Below are positions 7,039-14,900 of a stretch of DNA of 45,149 bases, in pieces (position 1 is the first letter of the stretch; every line of letters starts with the position of its first letter). Source of the stretch: a virus. The position numbers and the translations under genes were made by a program. The notes beneath the pieces were generated by a model, which had not been told where the DNA came from, searched no databases, and saw only the letters and a program-made list of their open reading frames with translations. The stretch covers positions 1 to 45,149 of the IMG/VR virus record IMGVR_UViG_3300035492_000074. One strand, written 5' to 3'.

Positions 7039-7368
7039 TTACTCATCACTCCCAGTTTCGACACGAAATTCGGATTCAGTCACCACGGCCTCGCCCAGGC
7101 ACTTGCGCGCGAACTCGCAGTCGCGGCAGGCCTTGGCCAGGTCCGTGCGCAGCAGCCTGGGCAGCCGCGGGTTCAGGGCATTGATGCCGACCGACGCGAT
7201 CTCGATCCGGCGCGCCAGCTCCGGTGATGCGTAGCGGCCATAGCCGGACTCGTCGTTGGCCAGGTGGTAGAGATAGGCGCGGCTGGTGCCGGCCGCGGTT
7301 GCAAGGGCCTTCTGCTCCTCGGGGGATGCGATTCGCATCCACGCCTTGAGCTGGGACATACTGGACAT
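7039..7368 (-). CDS. Cro/CI-like HTH transcriptional regulator
   Basis: This is the first gene of the leftward arm. It contains MSSMSQLKAWMRIASPEEQKALATAAGTSRAYLYHLAN... (HTH). The ATG at 7368 has AGGAA 9 nt upstream. The ORF is open up to 7404, but that start sits inside the operator-like palindrome. Confidence 0.7.
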   Translation of the reverse strand: MSSMSQLKAWMRIASPEEQKALATAAGTSRAYLYHLANDESGYGRYASPELARRIEIASVGINALNPRLPRLLRTDLAKACRDCEFARKCLGEAVVTESEFRVETGSDE

Positions 7369-7403
7369 AGAGGTGTGTTCCTGCTGTAGTGGTTTAAGCG
7401 GCA

Positions 7404-7420
7404 TTTAGTATCTGCTAAAC
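7404..7420. promoter_or_regulatory. Palindromic element TTTAGTATCTGCTAAAC (operator-like) at the head of the leftward arm
   Basis: Near-perfect palindrome TTAG-N-CTAA of the same family as 7488-7505, 10911-10927, 14956-14972 and 2046-2063. On the minus strand it ends in TAAATG, a possible -10, but the -35 is weak. Confidence 0.4.
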
Positions 7421-7477
7421 CGAGCGCACAGGCAAACACCGCTGGGCAGAGCCTGAAAACTTTTTGCGAGATAGTGC

Positions 7478-7506
7478 TTGACGAGACTTTAGCAGGTGCT
7501 TAAAGT
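7478..7506 (+). promoter_or_regulatory. Sigma70-like promoter of the rightward arm (TTGACG-17-TAAAGT)
   Basis: TTGACG (7478-7483), a 17-nt spacer and TAAAGT (7501-7506), about 43 nt upstream of the first + strand gene. The spacer and -10 contain the palindrome TTTAGCAGGTGCTTAAAG. Confidence 0.6.
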
Positions 7507-7548
7507 TGGACCCCTAAGCAGCAAAAACTAAGCACCAAGGAGAAACCC

Positions 7549-7953
7549 ATGAGCAGAATCATTTTGAACATCGGCCTCGAGTACAACGCCGCTGAGGGCC
7601 TGGGTCTGCTGGACGTGGACCTGGTCACCGAAGTGATCGCCAACCTGGCCAACGGCGCCGGCTTCCTGGGCACCACCGTCGAGTCTCACACCGAGCAGAC
7701 CCTGGTCGTCGAGTTCGAGGTAGAAGCGCTCGACGCGGTCCACGCCGACATCGTCGCCCTGGCCGAGGCCGTGTGCAACCGCTTCTACCAGGACTGCGTC
7801 GCCCTGTACCACACCGGGCTGCGCAAGGGCCTGCTGATCGGCCCGCGCGCCGCAGCGTGGGGCCCCTTCAACCCCAACTACTTCTTCCTGCTCGACGGTC
7901 GCAGCCTGACCGACGAGATCATCGAGGAGCTGCGCGCGGAGGTGTTGCACTGA
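7549..7953 (+). CDS. Hypothetical early protein (134 aa)
   Basis: RBS AAGGAGA before the ATG and very high third-position GC. The antisense 140-aa ORF is a shadow. Confidence 0.8.
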   Translation: MSRIILNIGLEYNAAEGLGLLDVDLVTEVIANLANGAGFLGTTVESHTEQTLVVEFEVEALDAVHADIVALAEAVCNRFYQDCVALYHTGLRKGLLIGPRAAAWGPFNPNYFFLLDGRSLTDEIIEELRAEVLH

Positions 7954-8165
7954 TGATTGCCAAGATCCGCGTGACCAACCCGAAAGGCGAGGTGTTCACC
8001 ACCAGCATCGCCAACCTGCCGCAGATCACCATCGGCGTCAACGGCGGCGGCTACACCACCGACCAGACCATGCGCGCCATGGCAGACGGCCAGGCTGTCC
8101 ACGACGGCCTGACGGTAAAACGCAACGGCTGGACCATTGAACCGATTCGAGATACCGAGAACTGA
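7953..8165 (+). CDS. Hypothetical early protein (70 aa)
   Basis: The ATG overlaps the upstream stop (TGATG). Sequence begins MIAKIRVTNPKGEVFTTSIANLPQ... Confidence 0.65.
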   Translation: MIAKIRVTNPKGEVFTTSIANLPQITIGVNGGGYTTDQTMRAMADGQAVHDGLTVKRNGWTIEPIRDTEN

Positions 8166-8176
8166 GGAGAAACACC

Positions 8177-8419
8177 ATGCGCGGCACATTCGATTTTGAC
8201 ACCGAGCGATACCCCTTCCTGGCGCAGCACGTCGGCACCAACGAGATCTGCATCCGCAACGTGCTGACAGGCGAGGAGTTCCGCCGCCAGCCGCTGGCAG
8301 GCGAGTTCGGCAGCCCCGAGCGCAAGGCCCAGGCCGAGAAGCTGGACGGCGTTGCACTGCGCCTCTGCCGCGCCAGCCGCGAGGCGCGCAGCAAGCAGTC
8401 GTCGCAGCCCACCACCTAA
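8177..8419 (+). CDS. Hypothetical early protein (80 aa)
   Basis: RBS GAGGAGA lies 7 nt upstream of the ATG. Confidence 0.7.
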   Translation: MRGTFDFDTERYPFLAQHVGTNEICIRNVLTGEEFRRQPLAGEFGSPERKAQAEKLDGVALRLCRASREARSKQSSQPTT

Positions 8420-8497
8420 CCCCACCCCAACCACCGCGAGCCCCTTAATTGGAGCTTTGCCGGTAGCGACACCCGTCAATCCGAAGAGGAAACAGCA

Positions 8498-8998
8498 ATG
8501 TCCCTAGAAGCAAAAGTAGAAGCACTCACCGCCGCCCTGGATCGCCTCGCCGAGGTCATCTCCGGCGCTCAGGCTATCGCCACGGCCGGTGCTGTCGGCA
8601 GCAACAAGGCCTTCCCGCACAGCGATAGCGACGAGCGCACTGTGCAGCAGGTCGCCGACGAGATCGAGGACACCAACGCCGCCGCGGCCGAGAAGGCGGC
8701 CAAGGCCGAGAAACCCACCAAGGCGAAGGCCGACAAGGCGGCCAAGGAAGACCCAAAGCCCGAACCGGAGGGTGCTGCTACGCCCGAGCCAAAGGCCGAG
8801 GATGCAGCTGCCGACGATAAGCCGGAAGGCATCACCCTGCAGGACGTGATCGACATCACCCTGGCCCTGGGCAAGGCCGGCAAGCGCCCTGAGCTGGTCG
8901 AGCTGCTGGGCAAGTACGAGGTCGCGAAGTCGAGCCAGCTGCACAAGAACGACTACGCCGGCTTCCACAAGCGCGCCACCGCGATTCTGGAGGGCTGA
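8498..8998 (+). CDS. Hypothetical protein with a central Lys/Ala/Glu/Pro low-complexity linker
   Basis: RBS AAGAGGAAA. 166 aa: an N-terminal helical part, then KAAKAEKPTKAKADKAAKEDPKPEPEG, then a globular C-terminus. Confidence 0.75.
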   Translation: MSLEAKVEALTAALDRLAEVISGAQAIATAGAVGSNKAFPHSDSDERTVQQVADEIEDTNAAAAEKAAKAEKPTKAKADKAAKEDPKPEPEGAATPEPKAEDAAADDKPEGITLQDVIDITLALGKAGKRPELVELLGKYEVAKSSQLHKNDYAGFHKRATAILEG

Positions 8999-9001
8999 TC
9001 C

Positions 9002-9193
9002 ATGGCTAAGGCGACCATCACCATCGAGGATATCGACGCGGAGAACGCGAGCCTCGAGATCGACTGGCACGGCCAGTACAACGAGGATAGCGGCGCGCAC
9101 CGCCTCGCCGGCACACTGTCCGGCGCGGTGGAGCGCTCGGGTCCGGTCGAGGACATCCACCCAGATGATCACGAGGGCAGCACGAATGACTAA
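9002..9193 (+). CDS. Hypothetical acidic protein (63 aa)
   Basis: The ATG lies 3 nt after the upstream stop, and third-position GC is coding-like. Confidence 0.6.
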   Translation: MAKATITIEDIDAENASLEIDWHGQYNEDSGAHRLAGTLSGAVERSGPVEDIHPDDHEGSTND

Positions 9194-10448
9194 GCACGCG
9201 CTAATCAGCGCCAGCGCCAGCGCTCGCTGGATCGCATGCCCGGGCAGCATCGCGCTGTCCCAGGGCAGCATCGCGCTGTCCCAGGGCAAGCCGGACAACT
9301 CCAGCGAGGCGGCTCGCTGGGGCACCGCCTGCCACGAGCTGTCGGCCTGGTGCCTGGACACCGGGGTCGACGCCGAGGCGTTCCGCGGCCGTGTGATCGA
9401 CGTCGAGGGTGAGAAGTACGAGGTCGACGACAAGATGATCGACTGCGCCCAGGTCTACATCGACGTTGTGAACGGCTTCGTCGAGACCACCGGCGGTCAG
9501 CTGCTCGTCGAGCAGAAGGTCGACTACTCCGCGGTCGTCGGGGTGCCGGAGAGCTTCGGCACCGCTGACGCGATCATCCTCGCCGGTAAGACGATCTACG
9601 TCATCGACCTGAAGACCGGTCAGCGTGGCGTCGACGCCAAAGGCAACACCCAGCTCAAGCTCTACGGACTGGGCGCGCTCGAGGAGTTCGGCCTGGTCGA
9701 GGACTTCGAGACCGTGGTGCTGGTGATCGTGCAGCCACCGAAGTCGAAGGAGCCGAGCGTCTCCGAGGTCACCGTCGAGGAGCTGCAGACCTTCGGCCGC
9801 TACGCCGCCAAGTCGGCCCAGCAGGCCGCGGCGCTGATCGGTGTCCACGACCTCGACGAGATCATGCCGCACCTGCGGGCAGGTGATCACTGCCACGCCT
9901 ACTACTGCAAGGGACGGAGCACCTGCCCAAAGTTGCGGGGCCAGGTGTCCGAAGCAGTCTTCGAGGATCTGGACGCCCTGGAGGCGGAAAGCGTGGCAAG
10001 CGGCTGCAGTACCCCCGCCGCGGTCCCGTCTGACGCGGAGCACCTGGCCGGGCTGCTCGCGCAGTGCGACCTGATCGAGGGCTGGTGCAAGGAGATCCGC
10101 GCTGCCGCGTTTGATCGCGCTATGTCCGGCGAGGAGCTGCCGGGGTTCAAGCTCGTGCAGGGCCGCGCCGGTGCTCGTGCCTGGACCGACGAGGAGGCGG
10201 CCGAGGCTGCGCTCAAGGCGATGCGCTTGAAGCAGGACGAGATTTACAAGCAGTCGCTGCAGAGCCCGACGCAGATCGAGAAGATCCTCAAGGACTCGCC
10301 ACGCCGGTGGAACAAGGTGCTGCCGCTGATCGGCAAAGCCGAGGGCAAGCCGACGCTGGTGCCAGCGAGCGACAAGCGCGAAGCGATTCGAGTGAACGTG
10401 GCGGAAGACTTCGACGTGGTCGAAGACACCGCAGAGGATCTCGTGTGA
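9186..10448 (+). CDS. PD-(D/E)XK exonuclease, Cas4-like / DUF2800-type
   Basis: The N-terminus MTKHALISASASARWIACPGS is typical of this family. The nuclease core reads DAIILAGKTIYVIDLKTGQ. A Cys cluster reads CHAYYCKGRSTC. An in-frame ATG at 9165 is an alternative start. Confidence 0.8.
   Translation: MTKHALISASASARWIACPGSIALSQGSIALSQGKPDNSSEAARWGTACHELSAWCLDTGVDAEAFRGRVIDVEGEKYEVDDKMIDCAQVYIDVVNGFVETTGGQLLVEQKVDYSAVVGVPESFGTADAIILAGKTIYVIDLKTGQRGVDAKGNTQLKLYGLGALEEFGLVEDFETVVLVIVQPPKSKEPSVSEVTVEELQTFGRYAAKSAQQAAALIGVHDLDEIMPHLRAGDHCHAYYCKGRSTCPKLRGQVSEAVFEDLDALEAESVASGCSTPAAVPSDAEHLAGLLAQCDLIEGWCKEIRAAAFDRAMSGEELPGFKLVQGRAGARAWTDEEAAEAALKAMRLKQDEIYKQSLQSPTQIEKILKDSPRRWNKVLPLIGKAEGKPTLVPASDKREAIRVNVAEDFDVVEDTAEDLV
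9243..9284 (+). repeat. Perfect 21-bp in-frame tandem duplication (GGCAGCATCGCGCTGTCCCAG x2) inside the exonuclease gene
   Basis: Read directly from the sequence. It encodes GSIALSQ GSIALSQ immediately after the conserved CP motif. Confidence 0.95.
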
Positions 10449-10915
10449 GCATACGGGATCGCTTGCTCAAGCACTCGATCCCGGTAACCGAGACGGGCTG
10501 CTGGCTCTGGACAGGTGCCTGTCTCCCCTCGGGCTACGGTCAGATGAATGTGGTGACCGAGATGGGGCGGCGCCCGTTGCTGGCGCATCGGCTGAGTTAC
10601 GAGGAGTTTGTCGGTCCTGTAGGCGACGCCTTCGTGCTCCACCGTTGTGATGTGCCAGCTTGCATCAATCCTGCGCACCTGTTCCTTGGAAACCACCAGG
10701 TCAACATGGACGACAAGGTTGCCAAGGGCAGGCAGCGCAGAGGAACGGGCATTCCGCAAGCCAAGCTAACCGACCAGCAGGTGCAAGAGATCCTGTGGTT
10801 GCGCGGCCTTAAGACTCAACGCGAGGTGGCCAAGCTTTACGGCGTGAGCCAGTCTCTAGTGAGTCTGCTGCAATCTGGAAAATCACGAAGACATTTGCTT
10901 GACCGAGGGGTTTAG
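10445..10915 (+). CDS. Free-standing HNH homing endonuclease (HNH_3-like) with a C-terminal HTH
   Basis: The GTG start overlaps the upstream stop (GTGA). Motifs are GCWLWTG...GYGQM...AHRLSYE...HRCDVPACINPAHLFLGNHQVNMDD, followed by the tail KLTDQQVQEILWLRG...VAKLYGVSQSLVS. Confidence 0.8.
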   Translation: MSIRDRLLKHSIPVTETGCWLWTGACLPSGYGQMNVVTEMGRRPLLAHRLSYEEFVGPVGDAFVLHRCDVPACINPAHLFLGNHQVNMDDKVAKGRQRRGTGIPQAKLTDQQVQEILWLRGLKTQREVAKLYGVSQSLVSLLQSGKSRRHLLDRGV

Positions 10916-10928
10916 CATTTGCTAAACT
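10899..10928 (+). promoter_or_regulatory. Internal sigma70-like promoter with the palindromic element (TTGACC-18-TAAACT)
   Basis: TTGACC (10899-10904) and TAAACT (10923-10928). The spacer holds the perfect palindrome TTTAGCATTTGCTAAA. It lies 55 nt upstream of the SSB gene. Confidence 0.5.
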
Positions 10929-10982
10929 CCCTCCCGTAACACCGAAACCGCATCATCCCTATCTGGAAATTGGAGATTCAAA

Positions 10983-11549
10983 ATGGCAAAGGTAACCCTG
11001 CAGTCTGTTCGTCTGTCCTTCCCGCACCTGTTCACCCCGCAAGCTGGCACCGACGGTGGCGAGCCCCGTTACAACGCTACGTTCATTATCGAGCCGGGTT
11101 CGGCAAACGCCAAGGCTCTGTCCAAGGCGGTCGAGCAAGTCGCCAAGGAGAAGTGGGGCGAGAAGGCCGCTGGCGTCCTCTCCCAGCTGCGCAAGACCGA
11201 CAAGGTCTGCTACCGCGAGGACGAGAAGACCAACCAGTCCGGCGATGTCTACGCCGGCTTCGAGGACATGCACTGGGTGTCGGCCTCCGACAAGGTCCGC
11301 CCGACCGTGATCGACCGCGACAAGTCGCCGCTCACCGCTGCTGACGGTCGCCCCTACGGTGGCTGCTACGTCAACGTCATCCTCGACGTCTGGGCGCAGG
11401 ACAACAGCTACGGCAAGCGCGTGAACGCATCACTCAAGGGCGTGCAGTTCGTCAAGAACGGCGACGCCTTCTCGGGCGGCGCGCCGGCCTCGGCTGACGA
11501 GTTCGACGTGGTCGACGCGCCGGAGGATGATGCCGACGATCTGGTCTAA
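10983..11549 (+). CDS. Single-stranded DNA-binding protein, DUF2815-type
   Basis: RBS GGAGA. The N-terminus MAKVTLQSVRLSFPHLFTPQ... is characteristic of DUF2815 proteins. The C-terminal tail is acidic: EFDVVDAPEDDADDLV. Confidence 0.8.
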   Translation: MAKVTLQSVRLSFPHLFTPQAGTDGGEPRYNATFIIEPGSANAKALSKAVEQVAKEKWGEKAAGVLSQLRKTDKVCYREDEKTNQSGDVYAGFEDMHWVSASDKVRPTVIDRDKSPLTAADGRPYGGCYVNVILDVWAQDNSYGKRVNASLKGVQFVKNGDAFSGGAPASADEFDVVDAPEDDADDLV

Positions 11550-11572
11550 ACGGTTGTAGCAAGTGGGGGTTG

Positions 11573-11600
11573 GCCCTGCCTTCGGGCAGGGCTTTTTGTT
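11573..11600 (+). terminator. Intrinsic terminator after the SSB gene
   Basis: GCCCTGCC-TTCG-GGCAGGGC followed by TTTTTGTT. A second imperfect hairpin follows (TTAAGGGCGC...GCGCCTTTAA, 11599-11631). Confidence 0.75.
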
Positions 11601-11660
11601 AAGGGCGCACGCAACTCCCAAGCGCCTTTAACAAAAAGCACAAACCAAGAGGACACCGTC

Positions 11661-11927
11661 ATGACCGATAAGCCGAAGTTCGGGGTCGTATCAACCCTCC
11701 CGGTTAAGCCCAAGCAGACTGTGCCGGAGCGCCTGCGCGCCCTGGCCGACCAGATCGACGCTGGCGAATACGGCGCCGTCGAGGACTGCATCCTGATCTG
11801 GGCGGGCGACCGCACCACAGCCGACTGCGGCGACCTGTCCGCGTCCGAAGCCTATTTCCTGCTGTCGATCATAACCCGCCAGATTCTCGACAACACCCTG
11901 TACGGTGCGCAGGAGGATGGGGAGTGA
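11661..11927 (+). CDS. Hypothetical protein (88 aa)
   Basis: RBS AAGAGGA. The stop overlaps the polymerase GTG start (GTGA). Confidence 0.7.
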   Translation: MTDKPKFGVVSTLPVKPKQTVPERLRALADQIDAGEYGAVEDCILIWAGDRTTADCGDLSASEAYFLLSIITRQILDNTLYGAQEDGE

Positions 11928-14900
11928 CCGACTTCAAGCACATCCTCTGGGCGGACACGGAGACGTACTGCGAGACGCCCATCTCCGCCGGCCTGCACCG
12001 GTACGCCGAGAACGTCGAGGTGATGCTGTTCCAGTGGGCGCTCGATGACGGCGAGGTCTACGACCACGACTTCACCGAAGACCCGCGCATGCCGAAGGAA
12101 CTGCGCGAGATGCTGCTCGACCCGTCGGTGCAGCTCCGGTTCCACAACGCCGCCTTCGACCGCACCGTGATCCGCTGGGGCCTCGGCCTGGACATCCCGG
12201 TGGAGCGCTGGTTTTGCACCATGTCTCAGGCCTACGCGCACTCGATGCCGGGATCGCTCGACAAGCTCGGTGAGGCGCAAGGCCTGGAGGAGGATCAGCG
12301 CAAACTGAAGATCGGCAGCCAGCTAATTCAGCTATTTTGCAGGCCAAGGCCTAAGAACCAGACCCTGCGCCGCGCCACCCGCATCACGCACCCGGTGGAG
12401 TGGGCGCAGTTCCGAGCCTACGGCAAGCAGGACGTCGCGCAGATGCGCGACAGCTCCAAGCGGCTGCCGACGTGGAACTACCGCGGCCAGGAGCTGGCGC
12501 TGTGGCACCTCGACCAGCGGATCAACGACCGCGGCGTGGCTATCGACCTGGACCTGGCGCACGGCGCCGTTGAGACGGCCGAGCGGGAGAAGCGCGAGCT
12601 GAAGCGACGCGGCCAGGTAATTACCAACGGCGAGGTGGAAAGCCTCACCAAGCGCGACCAGCTGCTCGCCCACCTGCTGGCCGAGTACGGCGTCGACCTA
12701 CCGGACCTGCAGAAAGCCACGCTAGAACGCCGGATCGACGACCCGGATCTGCCGGAGGCGTTGAAGGAGCTGCTGCGCATGCGCCTGGACGCCACCACGA
12801 CATCGGTGGCCAAGTACAAGACCCTGCTCAAGGCCGTGTCCTCCGACGGTCGCCTGCGCGGCGTGTTGCAGTTCTGCGGCGCTGCGCGGACTGGCCGCTG
12901 GGCCGGCCGGGTGTTCCAGCCGCAGAACCTCCCGCGGCCAAGCCACAAGCAGCGGGAGATCGATCAGTCCATCGCGCTGACCAAAGCCGGCGCCCTGGAC
13001 CTGGCCTATGCCGACGTGATGGCGCGGCTGTCCTCCTGCGTGCGCGGCGCCATCATCGCACCGGAAGGGCGCAAGCTGGTCATCGCTGACTTGTCCAACA
13101 TCGAGGGCCGCACCCTGGCATGGCTCGCCGGCGAGGAGTGGAAGCTGCAGGCGTTCCGCGACTTCGACGCCGGCGTCGGGCATGACCTCTACGCGCTGGC
13201 CTACGCCAAGGCGTTCGGCGTGTCGCCGGAAGCGGTTATGGACAACAAGGAGTACGGCGACGGCAGCTGGCGCCAGATTGGTAAGGTGATGGAGCTGGCG
13301 CTCGGCTACGAAGGTGGCGTCGGCGCGTTCCTGACCTTCGCCGCGGTCTACGGCATCGACCTTGAGGCGATGGCCGATCAGGCTGCCGCGGCGATCCCCA
13401 AGGACGTGTGGGGCGAGGCTCGCGGGATGCTCGAGTGGACGAAGAAAAAGAGGCGCAGCACCTTCGGCCTGTCCGACCGGGCCTGGCTGGTGTGCGAGTC
13501 GTTCAAGCGGCTGTGGCGCTACGCCCACCCGGAGACGACTGCGTTCTGGAAGGAACTCGACCAGACCGTGCGCGCCGCCACCGGCTCGCCGGGTGTCACC
13601 CTGCCATGTCGCCGCCTCAAGATCCGGCGTGACGGGAGCTGGCTGCGCATCGCCCTGCCATCCGGCCGTGCGCTCTGCTACCCGTCGCCGAAGATCGACG
13701 ACAAGGGCCGCATCAGCTACATGGGCGTCCACCAGTACACCCGCAAGTGGACTCGGTTGCACACCTACGGCGGTAAACTTTGTTTAGCCTTTGATACAAA
13801 AGTGCTAACGTGCTCTGGCTGGGTTGCAATCCAGCAAGTAACGGCCGCGCACAAGGTGTGGGACGGCGTCGAGTGGGTTGAGCAGGACGGCATGGTGTGC
13901 AACGGAGAGGCCGAGGTGATCCAAGCGCACGGCGCGTGGATGACGCCAGACCACGAAGTCCTGACGGATGAGGGTTGGAAAATTGCATCACAGAGCGAGA
14001 GATATAACCGGGCAGCGTGTCGGCTACCTGACGGCGTTGCGCTACCACGGGTCGAACAGCGGGAAGAAGTCCGTGTGGGTGATGCTCTGCGACTGCGGAG
14101 CGGAGAAGTTGATGGACGCATCGGAATTCTTGAAGCAGGGCAAGAGGGGAATATTGGCGTCCTGCGGCTGCATGCGGAAGCGGTCTATCGGCCAGCGGAA
14201 CACCTCGCACGGGATGTCAAGGCATCCGGCGTTCGCGGTGTGGTCGAGCATGCTTGCCCGGTGCAGTCGTCCGACGCATGCGGCGTTCAAGAACTACGGC
14301 GGGCGTGGGATCTCGGTGTGCCCGGAGTGGGCGGAGTCGTTCGAGGCGTTCTGGGCGGACATGGGGCCGACCTACAAGCCGGGGTTGACGCTGGATCGGG
14401 AGGACAACGACGGGAATTACACGCCGACAAACTGCCGTTGGGCTACGCACACCACGCAGGCCAGGAACAGGCGGAGGTCGAGGGTTGTGCAGACGCCCTG
14501 GGGCGAGATGTCGACAGCGGAGCTGTCCGAGCGCACGGGGTTGGGCATGTCGACGATCTATTACCGGCTGGCGCGCAACGTAACGCCGGAGCAGCTGGTG
14601 GCGGAGCCCGACGTATCGCGCAGGTTTATGACCTCGTGAACTGTGGCCCACGCAACCGGTTCGTGGTTGCTACGCCGGATGGTCCGCTGATCGTCCACAA
14701 CTGCGAGAACGTCACCCAGGCCGCTGCGCGCGACGTGATGGCGCACGGCATGCTGCTCGCCGACCCGGCTGGGTACGAGATCCTGCTCACGGTCCACGAT
14801 GAGTTGATCACAGAAACCCCGGACACCGACGAGTTCACGGTCGACGGCTTGGCCGGGTTCATGGCCACCGTGCCGGATTGGGCGCCAGGGCTGCCGCTCG

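Noticed and set aside
5260-7227. 655-aa ORF on the + strand opposite the RNR gene
   Set aside because: This is a shadow ORF of a high-GC gene. The product is Arg/Gly/Ala/Leu/Val-rich low complexity, there is no RBS, and the opposite strand carries a clearly recognisable RNR. The same reasoning applies to 3162..4115, 12722..13762, 8504..9433 and 9201..10043.
7528-7950. 140-aa minus-strand ORF overlapping the first rightward gene
   Set aside because: It would run into the promoter region. The + strand ORF has a strong RBS and much better third-position GC.
8459-8470. An isolated CGGTAGCG copy upstream of gene 8498 as an extra iteron
   Set aside because: A single 8-mer match in a 45-kb GC-rich genome is expected by chance, and no neighbouring copies or symmetry are present.
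14000-14640. Central part of the 1005-aa polymerase translation read as genuine polymerase sequence
   Set aside because: In the polymerase frame this interval is G/A/R/V-rich low complexity with mixed third positions. It lies between intein splicing blocks and should be excised. The coding signal is in the +1 frame.
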